Notes under the pieces: model-generated
The model's database searches: none
What the model was told of the DNA's origin: nothing
What the model saw: the letters and a program-made list of their open reading frames with translations, nothing else
DNA from: Candidatus Woesearchaeota archaeon
Lineage (GTDB): Archaea > Nanobdellota > Nanobdellia > Woesearchaeales > JACPBO01
Reading direction: 5' to 3'
NCBI GenBank assembly: GCA_016180285.1
Contig: JACPBO010000036.1
Span: forward strand, 1-45,831
Length of the DNA: 45,831 nt
Made by a program: the position numbers and the translations under genes
In this document: positions 19,603 through 29,696 of the stretch, in pieces
Layout: every line of letters begins with the position of its first letter
Numbering within the stretch: position 1 is the stretch's first letter

Positions 19603-19847
19603 TTGTCTTGGTTGCCAAGGCCATTCCACGGGAATGCCCATTGTTGTTGTCAAAGTGGTTGTTGCCATTGACATGGAACCTATCGCCATTGTCGTCGAAC
19701 CTGACAGCCCCAACATTATAGCCAATTTATCCCTTAAGTTCACTGCTGCTTCATCTCTTCGTTTCCTACCAAGTGTTGCAGCTGTATTTCATAACTTTTA
19801 AGCCATGATAAATTGGCGTGTGGCCTTGGCTTTTTTGACCAAGACAA
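19603..19847 (-). ncRNA. putative structured DGR template RNA
   Basis: 10+10-bp outer stem (19603-19623 with 19821-19847), 11-bp inner stem (19721-19731 with 19807-19817), TATA-like box ~19867-19875. Confidence 0.7.
19626..19710 (-). repeat. DGR template repeat (TR)
   Basis: 85 bp, rich in AAC/AAT codons, 23 adenines on the minus strand. Confidence 0.97.
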
Positions 19848-19877
19848 ATAAAGAAGAATAAAGCCAGTATAAAAAAT

Positions 19878-20636
19878 TTATTTTTTTGCGCGTCCGCTTC
19901 GCGGACTTATCAACACCCCACGGGAACGCCCAAAGCTGCCGTCAAAGCGGTAGTTGCCATCGACAAGGAACCAACCGCCAAAGTCGTCGAACCCGACAGC
20001 CCTTTCAGGATTTGAGTTTCTTGAACTTTGATCTGGTGTCCAATCTCTAATATCGCCTGCTCTTCTCTTTGAGAGATGTTCAAGAACTTCAGTGATTGTT
20101 TTTGGATTGTCAGTTGTATTCAATACAGATTGAAAATAGGTAACTCCATCTTCTTCATTTAGTATTCGAGGTAATGGTGTATCTTGATAAACAGGAATCA
20201 CAGAAATGTTTATTTTGGTAGGCTGTACTACAGTACTGCCAAAATTATGCACAATTTTTGCACCCAAATCATTTGGATTATATCGAATTCTTGTGCTTGA
20301 AACTTCCCAGCTTTCATCAAAGTCTTTTCTTAAACTGCCAAGCACTTCATCAGAAGCTGTTTTTCCAGCTTGGTAAATATCAGAAGCAGAAATCATTCTT
20401 TTTCCTTTAAATTCTCCTTCTTGGGCATTATATAGCGCAATCCAATCTTTTTGAGTTTTATATGCTCCATTAACAGCAGACTGCAAATCTATAGTTATAT
20501 TTTGAGGTTGGATTAATTCGTGTGCATAATTTTTGATTAAATGTTTTAATACAGCCTCTGGGCTTTTAAAATTACTAGAATCAACTATTCTATTAAGAGT
20601 TCTCGTATCTTTATTGCTGATTTGATAGGGTTTCAT
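19878..20636 (-). CDS. DGR target protein with C-terminal variable region (C-type-lectin-like fold inferred)
   Basis: VR encodes AVGFDDFGGWFLVDGNYRFDGSFGRSRG. Confidence 0.92.
   Translation of the reverse strand: MKPYQISNKDTRTLNRIVDSSNFKSPEAVLKHLIKNYAHELIQPQNITIDLQSAVNGAYKTQKDWIALYNAQEGEFKGKRMISASDIYQAGKTASDEVLGSLRKDFDESWEVSSTRIRYNPNDLGAKIVHNFGSTVVQPTKINISVIPVYQDTPLPRILNEEDGVTYFQSVLNTTDNPKTITEVLEHLSKRRAGDIRDWTPDQSSRNSNPERAVGFDDFGGWFLVDGNYRFDGSFGRSRGVLISPRSGRAKK
19892..19906 (-). promoter_or_regulatory. DGR cis-acting hairpin with GAA loop
   Basis: GTCCGC-GAA-GCGGAC on the minus strand, just 3' of the VR. Confidence 0.85.
19918..20002 (-). repeat. DGR variable repeat (VR)
   Basis: 70/85 identical to TR; all 15 differences are at TR adenines. 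Confidence 0.97.
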
Positions 20637-20740
20637 TCTAGAAATGGAAAAGTAACACTAATATATAAACCTTTTGGTTTTTGTAACTTTAAAGTAGTTC
20701 TATGAAAGGGAAAGGTTTAAGTTGTCATTTTTTAATCTAA

Positions 20741-23700
20741 TTAATTATATTCATCCCATCCCTTGATCTTCAGCTCCTCAACCTTTGTCCTCGACATCGC
20801 TTCCACAAGCCTTTTTGCGATCTGCAAATTGGTGATCAAAGGAACATCAAAATCAACTGCCTTCCTTCTTATTAAATAATCATTGTCAAGCTCTTCTTTT
20901 TCTATGCTTTTCGGTATATTGATAACAAGGTCTATTTTTCCATCAGCTATGTAACTGAGCGTATTCGGCTCTTTCTTTTCCAAAGGCCAATGCAGGACTT
21001 CTGCATTCAATCCATTGGACTTCATAAACTCAGCTGTTCCCTCTGTTGCATAAAAATTAAAGCCCATTTTTGCAAGAATCTTTTTGCTTTCCAGCAATTC
21101 TGATTTCGCATGTATCGGCCCGGTTGACAATAAAATGTTTTTCTTCGGAAGTTTAAATCCAACTGAGATGAGGCTTTTTAAAAACGCCTCATTAAAATCA
21201 TCGCCAAGGCAGGCAACTTCACCGGTAGATGCCATCTCTACACCCAGCACAGGATCAGACCCCTTTAACCTTGTGAATGAGAACATTGGCGCTTTAACCC
21301 CGACATAATCAAGGTCAAATGCTGACCTGTCTATTTTAGGCACATTCTTGCCCATCATCAGCTTTGTAGCGATATCAATAAAATTTATCTTGAAAACTTT
21401 TGAAACAAACGGAAAGCTTCTTGAAGCCCTTAAATTGCATTCTATAACCTTTACATCATTGTCTTTTGCTATGAACTGTATGTTGAATGGCCCTGTTATT
21501 TTCAGCGATTCTGCAATCTTCCTTGTTATTATCTTAATCCTCCTCATTGTTTCAAGGTAAGTCCTTTGCGGAGGAAGAACAATGGTTGCATCGCCAGAAT
21601 GAACCCCTGCATTTTCAACATGCTCTGAAATTGCATAGCAGAATAATTCGCCGTTATTAGCAACAGCATCTATCTCTATTTCCTTTGCATCTGTTATGAA
21701 CTTGCTTATCACAACAGGATGCTCCTTGTTCACAGCTGATGCTTTCTTCAGGTATTCTTCAAGCTCATTCTCGTTTAAGACAACGCTCATTGCAGCTCCG
21801 CTTAAAACATAGCTCGGCCTTACAAGAACAGGATAACTGGCTTTTCTGGCAAATGCCTTTGCATCAGTTAAAGAAGTAAGTTCATTCCATTCCGGCTGGT
21901 CTATTGAAAGCGCATCAAGCAATTTTGAGAATTTATGCCTGTCTTCAGAATTGTCTATGCTAATCGGAGATGTTCCTAATATTTTAACGCCAACATTGTG
22001 GCACTTCAAAGCAAGGTTATTCGGAATCTGGCCGCCCATTGATATTATTACGCCAAGCGGAGCTTCTTTTTCGTAGATATCAAGCACTCTTTCAAAGCTA
22101 AGCTCGTCAAAATACAGCTTATCGCAGATATCATAATCTGTGCTTACAGTTTCAGGGTTATAATTGATCATGATTGTATTGTACTTTAAATTTCTCAATG
22201 TCAGAACAGCATTAACGCAGCACCAGTCAAATTCAACAGAAGATCCTATCCTGTAAGCTCCGCTGCCTAAAACGATAACCTGGTTTTCCTCATTGAAATC
22301 AATATCATCTTCATTGGAATTATAAGTCAAATATAAATAATTAGTTTTAGCAGGATATTCTGCTGCCAAAGTATCTATCTGCTTTACATAAGGAATTATT
22401 CCGTGCTTTTTTCTTAATTTTCTTGCAGACAATTCATCTGATTTTGTCAATATTGCAATCTGCTTGTCAGAAAACCCTTTTTGCTTTGCTTCTTTTAATA
22501 AAGATGCATCTAGATTTTCAAGCTTGCACTTGATTAATTCTTTTTCTATTTCAACTATATTTTTAATTTTGTATAAAAACCACTTGTCGATTTTGGAGAG
22601 GTCATGTATCTTATCTATTGAATAATCTTTTTTAATTGCTTCTGCTGTTGCAAAAACTCTCTGGTCAGTCGGGTTCTTAAGCTCTTTATCCAGATTGTTC
22701 AGCTCTATCTCATTCGCAACTAGGCCTTCCATTCCAATGCCCAGCATCCTGATTGCTTTCTGCAGCGTTTCCTCAAAGTTCCTGCCAATTGCCATGATCT
22801 CGCCAACTGATTTCATTTCAGTGCCTATTTCTTTCTTGACCATTTTGAATTTTTGGAGATCCCATCTCGGTATTTTGACAACAATATAATCGAGCGCAGG
22901 CTCAAAGCATGCCATTGTTTTTTTGGTTATCATGTTCTGCAGTTCTGTAAGGGAATAGCCTAATGCTAATTTGGCTGCGATAAAAGCCAATGGATAGCCT
23001 GTTGCTTTTGAAGCAAGCGCAGAGCTTCTTGAAAGCCTCGCATTGACCTCAATTATTCTGTATTCTTCGGAATTAGAGTCTAGAGCATACTGTATGTTGC
23101 ATTCCCCAACTATGCCAAGGTGCCTTATGACTTTTATTGACACATCTCTTAATAAATGATATTCTGAATTTGTCAATGTCTGCGATGGAGCGACAACAAT
23201 GCTTTCTCCTGTATGGATCCCCATGGGATCAAAATTCTCCATGTTGCAGACTGTAATGCAGTTATCATATTGGTCTCTCACAACTTCATACTCGACTTCT
23301 TTCCACCCTTCAAGGTATTCTTCCACTAGAATTTGCTTTGTAAAGGAAAATGCCTTTTTTGCCCTTTCTGCCAGCTCTTCTTCGCTGTAAGAAACTCCTG
23401 ATCCCAAGCCGCCCAAAGCATATGCAATTCTTATCATTACAGGATAGCCGATTTTCTTTGCTGCGCTTAATGCTTCATCTACGTTGCTGGCAGCCGCGCT
23501 TCTCGGCACTTTAAGCCCTGCTTCCAATATTTTCCCAACAAACAATTCCCTGTCTTCTGTATTCTTTATTGCATCTACCGGTGTTCCTAAAACTTTCACT
23601 CCATATTTCTTCAGAATGCCTTTGTCATAGAGCTCAACTCCGACATTTAATGCAGTTTGGCCTCCAAAGCCGAGCAGGATTCCATCTGGCTGTTCTTTTT

Positions 23701-23926
23701 CTATTATTTTTTCAACAAAGTACTCATCTATGGGAAGGAAATATATCTTGTCTGCAAGATTTTCAGATGTCTGTATTGTCGCAATGTTTGGATTGACAAG
23801 AACTGTTTTGATCCCTTCTTCCTTTAATGCCTTTATGCATTGACTCCCCGAATAATCAAATTCTCCGGCCTGCCCTATTCTGATTGCTCCCGATCCCAAT
23901 ATTAAAACTTTGTTTGGCTTAATCAT
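20741..23926 (-). CDS. carB: carbamoyl-phosphate synthase large subunit
   Basis: [11 protein letters not shown], duplicated ATP-grasp domains, C-terminal MGS domain. Confidence 0.97.
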   Translation of the reverse strand: MIKPNKVLILGSGAIRIGQAGEFDYSGSQCIKALKEEGIKTVLVNPNIATIQTSENLADKIYFLPIDEYFVEKIIEKEQPDGILLGFGGQTALNVGVELYDKGILKKYGVKVLGTPVDAIKNTEDRELFVGKILEAGLKVPRSAAASNVDEALSAAKKIGYPVMIRIAYALGGLGSGVSYSEEELAERAKKAFSFTKQILVEEYLEGWKEVEYEVVRDQYDNCITVCNMENFDPMGIHTGESIVVAPSQTLTNSEYHLLRDVSIKVIRHLGIVGECNIQYALDSNSEEYRIIEVNARLSRSSALASKATGYPLAFIAAKLALGYSLTELQNMITKKTMACFEPALDYIVVKIPRWDLQKFKMVKKEIGTEMKSVGEIMAIGRNFEETLQKAIRMLGIGMEGLVANEIELNNLDKELKNPTDQRVFATAEAIKKDYSIDKIHDLSKIDKWFLYKIKNIVEIEKELIKCKLENLDASLLKEAKQKGFSDKQIAILTKSDELSARKLRKKHGIIPYVKQIDTLAAEYPAKTNYLYLTYNSNEDDIDFNEENQVIVLGSGAYRIGSSVEFDWCCVNAVLTLRNLKYNTIMINYNPETVSTDYDICDKLYFDELSFERVLDIYEKEAPLGVIISMGGQIPNNLALKCHNVGVKILGTSPISIDNSEDRHKFSKLLDALSIDQPEWNELTSLTDAKAFARKASYPVLVRPSYVLSGAAMSVVLNENELEEYLKKASAVNKEHPVVISKFITDAKEIEIDAVANNGELFCYAISEHVENAGVHSGDATIVLPPQRTYLETMRRIKIITRKIAESLKITGPFNIQFIAKDNDVKVIECNLRASRSFPFVSKVFKINFIDIATKLMMGKNVPKIDRSAFDLDYVGVKAPMFSFTRLKGSDPVLGVEMASTGEVACLGDDFNEAFLKSLISVGFKLPKKNILLSTGPIHAKSELLESKKILAKMGFNFYATEGTAEFMKSNGLNAEVLHWPLEKKEPNTLSYIADGKIDLVINIPKSIEKEELDNDYLIRRKAVDFDVPLITNLQIAKRLVEAMSRTKVEELKIKGWDEYN

Positions 23927-24419
23927 TATGAAATTCCCTCATGTATCTGCGGAATATTTTTATCAAATCCGGAGCAAATTTCTTTTTTTTCATCAGCTCT
24001 TTAAGCTCGTTTATTGCCATGAATTTTCCCCATTCGATTTCACTTTTCTGCAGCTTTATTTTTCCGTCATAAACTATCTTATAGACGTTGGCAATATGAT
24101 TGTCAATATTATTTTTAAACCTATTTTTAAAAAGAAACTGCAGCTTTATATCTTTGGCTCCTATTTCTTCCCTTACTTCTCTCTTCGCTCCCTTATTGTA
24201 TGTTTCGCCATGCTTAAGGCCTCCTCCAACAATCGCATCATAGTAGCCGGGATAATATTTTTTATTCCTGTTCCTTTTATGAACAAAGATTTCTCCTTTT
24301 GAATTAAAAACAAATACGGCAATGCCTCTGTGGAGAAGATTTTTAACCACGATCTCGTTTCTGGTCTTTTTACTCATTACTCGGTCATTTTCATCAACAA
24401 CCGCCATATATTCTTTCAT
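23919..24419 (-). CDS. NUDIX hydrolase (Idi/YfcD-like)
   Basis: [22 protein letters not shown]udix box. Confidence 0.9.
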   Translation of the reverse strand: MKEYMAVVDENDRVMSKKTRNEIVVKNLLHRGIAVFVFNSKGEIFVHKRNRNKKYYPGYYDAIVGGGLKHGETYNKGAKREVREEIGAKDIKLQFLFKNRFKNNIDNHIANVYKIVYDGKIKLQKSEIEWGKFMAINELKELMKKKKFAPDLIKIFRRYMREFHND

Positions 24420-25489
24420 TTCAGCATCTCCAAAAACTTGTCAAATAAAAATCCAGTATCAACAGGTCCTGGCGTTGCCTCTGGATGGAATTGAATTGAA
24501 ATGAATGGCTTGGTTGAATGTTTTATCCCTTCATTCGTATTGTCATTCACATTGACAAACCATGGCGTCCATTCATTTGGCAGGCTTTTAATGTCAACTG
24601 CATAGCCGTGATTCTGCGAAGTTATGAAGCACCTTTTTGTTCCTATTTCCAGGCATGGCTGATTCTGCGATCTATGCCCGTATTTCAGCTTATAAGTGTC
24701 TCCGCCCGCTGCCAAAGCCAAAATCTGATTTCCTAAGCAGATGCCGAATGTCGGAATATTGCTTTCCAATGCTTTTTTTACATTGACGATGGTTTCTTTT
24801 GCTGTTTTAGGGTCGCCAGGCCCATTAGAAATTAGCAAGGCATCAAATTCAAGCTTTAAAAAATCATAATCCCATGGGACTCTGATTACGGTGATGTTTC
24901 TTTTCAGAAGGCTTCTTATAATGTTATTCTTAACTCCGCAGTCTATAACAACAACTTTTGTTTTTCCTTTTTCATAAATAATTGGCTCTTCAATGCTTGC
25001 TTCTGCAGCCAAATTTCTTTTATTCGGGTCTTCAAGCTCAATGTTTTCATCATCATAAACTATCTTGCCGAGCATTGTTCCCTTTTCCCTTAATTTTTTT
25101 GTCAATTCCCTTGTGTCAATACCCTGAATCGCAGGAATATTGTGCTCCTTCAGCCAGTCTGAAAGCGATCTTTTCGCATTCCAATGAGAATAGTTTTCGC
25201 TGTAATTCGAGACAATCAAGCCGGAAATCTGTATTTTATCAGATTCAAAATATTTTAAGATATTGTCTTCTTTTTCATTTCCAGGAACGCCGTAATTGCC
25301 GATCAGAGGGTATGTAAGGGCTAATATCTGGCCTTTGTAGGAAGGATCAGTCAGAGTTTCAGGATATCCGACCATTCCCGTGTTAAAGACAACCTCTCCC
25401 GAAGCGCTTTTTTCAGATCCGAATGAAAATCCCTGGAAAACAGAGCCATCTTCAAGAACAAGCTTTATTTCCGCCCCTTTTGATTGCAT
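24416..25489 (-). CDS. carA: carbamoyl-phosphate synthase small subunit
   Basis: GEVVFNTGMVGY, SNGPGDP, GICLG, QFHPEA. Confidence 0.97.
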   Translation of the reverse strand: MQSKGAEIKLVLEDGSVFQGFSFGSEKSASGEVVFNTGMVGYPETLTDPSYKGQILALTYPLIGNYGVPGNEKEDNILKYFESDKIQISGLIVSNYSENYSHWNAKRSLSDWLKEHNIPAIQGIDTRELTKKLREKGTMLGKIVYDDENIELEDPNKRNLAAEASIEEPIIYEKGKTKVVVIDCGVKNNIIRSLLKRNITVIRVPWDYDFLKLEFDALLISNGPGDPKTAKETIVNVKKALESNIPTFGICLGNQILALAAGGDTYKLKYGHRSQNQPCLEIGTKRCFITSQNHGYAVDIKSLPNEWTPWFVNVNDNTNEGIKHSTKPFISIQFHPEATPGPVDTGFLFDKFLEMLK

Positions 25490-25548
25490 ATTAAAAAGAT
25501 GAATGAATTAGCCCAGTTTATAAGCTTTTTTGTTGTTGAGAATATAGA

Positions 25549-26379
25549 TCATAAAAGCCCGGTTGTTTCGTCAAGGCCGTGCATCATGTTGAAATTCTGC
25601 ACTGCCTGGCCTGCTCCTCCTTTGATCAGGTTGTCTAATGCGGAAATAATAATGATCTTGTTATTGTATGCACGAGGTTTTATATCGCAGAAATTAGTTC
25701 CATTCACATTCTTTGTCTCAATTTCATCAGCTATCCTTATAAAATGGCTTTTGCTGTAAAACTGATTGTATTCTTTAATCAAATTTCCAAATTCTTCATG
25801 ATTGCAAAAAATAGTTGAAACTATTCCTCTATATGCGGTGTCTATTCTCTGCGGCACGAATAATGCATTTTCCAGGCCCAATGCTTTTTCAATCTCAGCA
25901 ATCTGTAGATGCGCATTGCCTTCTTTATATATTTTGAAATTGTCTTCTTCCTGCACTTCAAGCCCGGCTCCAGAAATTCCGCTTGTTGAGGCTATATGAA
26001 CATTAGAGATTTTTTCTTTTATAGGAGCTAATGCCAGTATGATTGAAGTTGCGTAGCAGCCTGGATTCGCAACCTTTTGCGCAGCTTTTATCTTACTCTT
26101 GTTCAATTCAGGCAGGCCATAAACCCAACCATCATCAAGCCTGTGGTCAATGCTAAGGTCTATCAGCTTTTTTCCATTTAGTTTAGGCAGATAATTTCCG
26201 CTTTTCCCGTAAGGCAATGCGAGAAAAACGATCTCCGCATCTGACAAGCTTCCTGTGCTGCCTTCTTTCCTGCTCTCCGTATAAACTATTTCTGCATAAG
26301 GATGCTTATTCAAAATCTGAACTAATGGCTTTCCGAGCTTTCCAGTATGGCCGATTATTCCGACTTTCACTTTATTCAT
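25549..26379 (-). CDS. argC: N-acetyl-gamma-glutamyl-phosphate reductase (short form)
   Basis: YGLPEL, ANPGCYAT, SGISGAG, DNLIKGGAGQAVQN. Confidence 0.92.
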   Translation of the reverse strand: MNKVKVGIIGHTGKLGKPLVQILNKHPYAEIVYTESRKEGSTGSLSDAEIVFLALPYGKSGNYLPKLNGKKLIDLSIDHRLDDGWVYGLPELNKSKIKAAQKVANPGCYATSIILALAPIKEKISNVHIASTSGISGAGLEVQEEDNFKIYKEGNAHLQIAEIEKALGLENALFVPQRIDTAYRGIVSTIFCNHEEFGNLIKEYNQFYSKSHFIRIADEIETKNVNGTNFCDIKPRAYNNKIIIISALDNLIKGGAGQAVQNFNMMHGLDETTGLL

Positions 26380-27734
26380 TTTGCCGCCAGTGTTTCTTCT
26401 TTGTTCAAAGCGTAATCAATGATATCATGCAATTCATCTTTAGGGCCGCCTATCCAGAATACAATGAATGGCTTGCTGTAATAGCAGCCGCTTCCGTTGT
26501 TTTCTTCTATTTTTTTCTTGTACATCTCTTTTTTATCGTTATCAATCTTGCATCGCCAGAACAATCCTGATTTTTCTGAAAAAATGCCGGTATTTTTCAG
26601 CTTTAACAGCTCTGAAAATATCTTTGATCCAAGCCCGTTTCCCTCTGTATTTTTATTGACAGCAAACTTATCCATGTAAGCCCAGCCTTTATGATCTTCG
26701 ATTATTGCTGTTCCGTCGTAATCTTCTTCAAGAACAATGTGCGTAATGGGCTCTTCACCAAAATAATTATCAATTAATTTCTTGCCTTTAAAGGCAGATT
26801 CAATCAGGCTCTTAAGCTTGTCTTTGTCAATCCCATTCAGGCCATCACAAGTAATTGTATTATAACCATAAATAATCTTTGTTCCCGATCCCTTGTAGCT
26901 GAACAATTCTGACCACAGGTCTTTCAATAAGGGCGATATAATCTGAACGCTGTTTTTGTTTCCCAGCTTTTCAAGCAGGCTTTTTGCTTCATTGAGCTTT
27001 TTCAGCATTCCTCCGCTTACAACGCCTTCATCCGCCAGTTTTTGGTAATCATCAATTATGCTTATTTTTTCTATAAGCTTCTGATCTTTATCCAAAACAC
27101 CACCTATCCCTGTTATAGATATGCATTTGTGCGGCTTAAGCGCCATTACAAGGGCTTTTGCTGCTGTGTCTGCATTTATATTGTAAATTTGGCTTCCATC
27201 ATAGCCAAGCGGAACCAATAATGGCGTGGCTTTGCTTTCACAGGCTTTCTTTACAAGCTCTAAATTCACGCCTGTTGGCTCTCCAACATACCCCAGGCCA
27301 TCGCTTAATTTTTTAGCAGCAAATATATGCTCACTTGTAAGGTCAACAAGATTGAGCCCGTATTCTTTTGATAAAGAAAAAATTTTGCCCTTCAATTCGC
27401 CAACTACTTCTTTTATTATGCCCAATGTCTCAAAATCAGTAACCCTGTTGCCTTCAATGGATTTTGATTCTATTCCCTTTTCTTTTAGTTTTTTATTAAG
27501 CGGCTCACCCCAGCCAAACAAGACTACAGGATATAGCTTCAGATATTGCAGCACGCTTATGCTCATGATTATTTCTTCGAGCGAATTTTCAATGCAGTCG
27601 CCGCTTACCTTCATAACTGCAAATTCAGATGGCTCCAGCTGCTGGTATTTGCTCAGATAGCTCTCGAATTCCTTGCCTCCGATGCTGCTTGTCAAATGCC
27701 CGATCACATGTTTTATGTTTTTCATGCATTGCAA
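26376..27734 (-). CDS. argB: acetylglutamate kinase domain fused to a DUF619-type N-acetyltransferase (NAGS-kinase)
   Basis: GNRVTD, NINADTAA, SGGMLKKL, ELFSYKGSGT; C-terminal YMDKFAV...GNGLG...LFWR. Confidence 0.8.
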   Translation of the reverse strand: MQCMKNIKHVIGHLTSSIGGKEFESYLSKYQQLEPSEFAVMKVSGDCIENSLEEIIMSISVLQYLKLYPVVLFGWGEPLNKKLKEKGIESKSIEGNRVTDFETLGIIKEVVGELKGKIFSLSKEYGLNLVDLTSEHIFAAKKLSDGLGYVGEPTGVNLELVKKACESKATPLLVPLGYDGSQIYNINADTAAKALVMALKPHKCISITGIGGVLDKDQKLIEKISIIDDYQKLADEGVVSGGMLKKLNEAKSLLEKLGNKNSVQIISPLLKDLWSELFSYKGSGTKIIYGYNTITCDGLNGIDKDKLKSLIESAFKGKKLIDNYFGEEPITHIVLEEDYDGTAIIEDHKGWAYMDKFAVNKNTEGNGLGSKIFSELLKLKNTGIFSEKSGLFWRCKIDNDKKEMYKKKIEENNGSGCYYSKPFIVFWIGGPKDELHDIIDYALNKEETLAAK

Positions 27735-27834
27735 AAACTCGCATTCTTTTATAAAATTATCGTCCTATTCCGGACAAAATAAACATTAATGTCCGAAACA
27801 AAACATTTATAAATAAGCGAATAATTTCATCATT

Positions 27835-28414
27835 ATGGCCAATATAACAAAGCTAACAGAGGATTACATAAAAAACAGCCCGTTTATCAAGCAGCAAAGA
27901 GAAGAACATCAAGAATTTTGACGCTATTTTAGTTGCATGCAGGCGGTATTGTTACAAGCTAAAGAAATCTGCTTATTCGCCTCCTATAATTGACCTATTG
28001 AAAGGCAGCAAGCTGTCTATCAGGGATAAGATCGTTGTTGTAATTCTGGAGCCAGATACATCTTTTAAGGAAATCCTGCAGCTCCAAAAGGAAGTAGAGG
28101 AAAAAAACGAGATAATGCACGTGATCAGGGGAGCAAATGCAATAACATTGATAACAACAGAGGATTTTTTAAGCGATATAGAAAGAAAGTTTAAGCATGA
28201 TATATTGAAAGTATCGAAAGATCTCGTTGAAATCATGATGAAAAGCTCTGCTAAGATGGAATCAATTCCGGGTGTGATGGGCTATATTTATTCTTTATTC
28301 GGCGAGAACAGCATAAACATCCTTGAAACAATGTCCTGCTGGACAGATACGATCTTTACAATCAGGAAGGAAGATCTGCCGAAGACAATGGATATATTGA
28401 GCTTTAACTCATAG
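27835..28414 (+). pseudogene. ACT-domain protein with an N-terminal frameshift
   Basis: MANITKLTEDYIKNSPFIK frame stops early; KNFDAILVACRRY...PGVMGYIYSLFGENSINILETMSCWTD (ACT) is in another frame. Confidence 0.7.
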
Positions 28415-28599
28415 CGCAGAAATCATATGGTTGCCTATTCAATGCCATTAGCCGTAGGCGAAAGTGCATGTGGTCAAGGACGAAGCGACGAAGAAGTTTT
28501 TGTTTGCAAGCGTAAAAAAGAAGTAAAGGGATGGGATTTTTAAAAAGGAAATATTTAAATAATGATCGTTAATTTATATGATTAAGGAGAGATAATGTA

Positions 28600-29439
28600 A
28601 TGGAAACTCTTATAGAACCAAAAAAATACACACGAAGTTATGGGATGCAAAAACTATGGCTTTGCAATGTTTATGGGTTAGATAAACAATCAAAAAATGT
28701 TGATGTAAAAGAAACTTTAAAAAGGATTGTTGGCGTTTGTGAGAAAGATAAACCAAAAATAGAAAGACTTGTTGGTGGAAATTTTGAAATTAATAATGGT
28801 GTGGAAGATAGAGGCACACATATATCTTATCCTAAATTAAGATTTAACATTGGTGATGAACATTACGTATGCAATGTTAATATAAATCCTTCTATAACAC
28901 AAACAGCTCATTGGTATAAAGATAAGATATGGGTGAATATAGAATCAATGTTACAACAACCAATAGGGAATCTCAGGGAATTTTTTAATAAAATTAAAAA
29001 CTATGCCGAAAAAATCGAAGAAACTGTAAAGTCTTCTTATTTTTCTGCTATTGGAGGATATGAATTTAAACATGCATATGAGATAACGATAAGAGATGCG
29101 GGAATAGAGATGGAAAAGGGGAGTAAACTAGATGAGTTAATGAAGGCAGAACCAGATCAATCCTTAGGTGATATCTTAAATGATGGGCATGTTCAGGCGG
29201 TTCTTAGAGACTTGTTAAGTGCTCATAAGAACAGAATAGTGCACTCTACAATAGATGAACTTCGAGGTTCTGATATTCGTTGGCGTACCACACAAGATTC
29301 AGAGGGGCATACTCTTTTGAGCGGTATAGAAATTACGAAAGATAGTCTAAATGTTATAGGTCTTGCTAATTTTTTAGATGAAGAAGAATTAAATAATAAA
29401 AGGGTATTTCATATTTTAATGATGGTAAATAATATTTGA
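28600..29439 (+). CDS. hypothetical protein (AT-rich orphan)
   Basis: 279-aa ORF, TTTAAATA box and AGGAGA RBS upstream. Confidence 0.7.
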   Translation: METLIEPKKYTRSYGMQKLWLCNVYGLDKQSKNVDVKETLKRIVGVCEKDKPKIERLVGGNFEINNGVEDRGTHISYPKLRFNIGDEHYVCNVNINPSITQTAHWYKDKIWVNIESMLQQPIGNLREFFNKIKNYAEKIEETVKSSYFSAIGGYEFKHAYEITIRDAGIEMEKGSKLDELMKAEPDQSLGDILNDGHVQAVLRDLLSAHKNRIVHSTIDELRGSDIRWRTTQDSEGHTLLSGIEITKDSLNVIGLANFLDEEELNNKRVFHILMMVNNI

Positions 29440-29518
29440 GATGACCCCTAAAATAAGCCCAGCCCAAATAAACTACTTCTTCTTTCATTAAAAGCGAGCT
29501 AACAAAAATTGCGTTGAA

Positions 29519-29653
29519 TTATTCGCTCTTCGCAGCCTGGTAATTGCACTTCTCATTCGGGCATTTGTAGATGTCATAATTTGTATCGCCAACCTTATAG
29601 CTGGACTTCTTAACGAGATCTGACTTGCACAAAGGGCATTTCTTGGCCGCCAT
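29519..29653 (-). CDS. small zinc-ribbon protein (not in ORF track)
   Basis: 44 aa MAAKKCPLCK...YKCPNEKCNYQAAKSE; TATA-like box upstream. Confidence 0.65.
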   Translation of the reverse strand: MAAKKCPLCKSDLVKKSSYKVGDTNYDIYKCPNEKCNYQAAKSE

Positions 29654-29696
29654 ATTGCAGTTATTAATTCAAAGAAATATAAAACTTTCTATTATT

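Larger units (their letters stand above)
18510..20636 (-). mobile_element. diversity-generating retroelement (target-VR, hairpin, TR, RT)
   Basis: RT gene plus a TR/VR pair with adenine-only mismatches and a hairpin after the VR. Confidence 0.97.

Noticed and set aside
18510..19624. RT as a group II intron, retron or CRISPR-associated RT
   Set aside because: No maturase/endonuclease extension or cas genes; the adenine-specific TR/VR pair identifies a DGR
19568..19801. 77-aa plus-strand ORF as a DGR accessory protein
   Set aside because: It is antisense to the TR and RT start, and its Val/Ile richness just mirrors the AAC/AAT codons
28525..28537. AAGGGATGGGAT match to the carB 3' end
   Set aside because: Only ~12 nt and in the opposite orientation; compatible with chance
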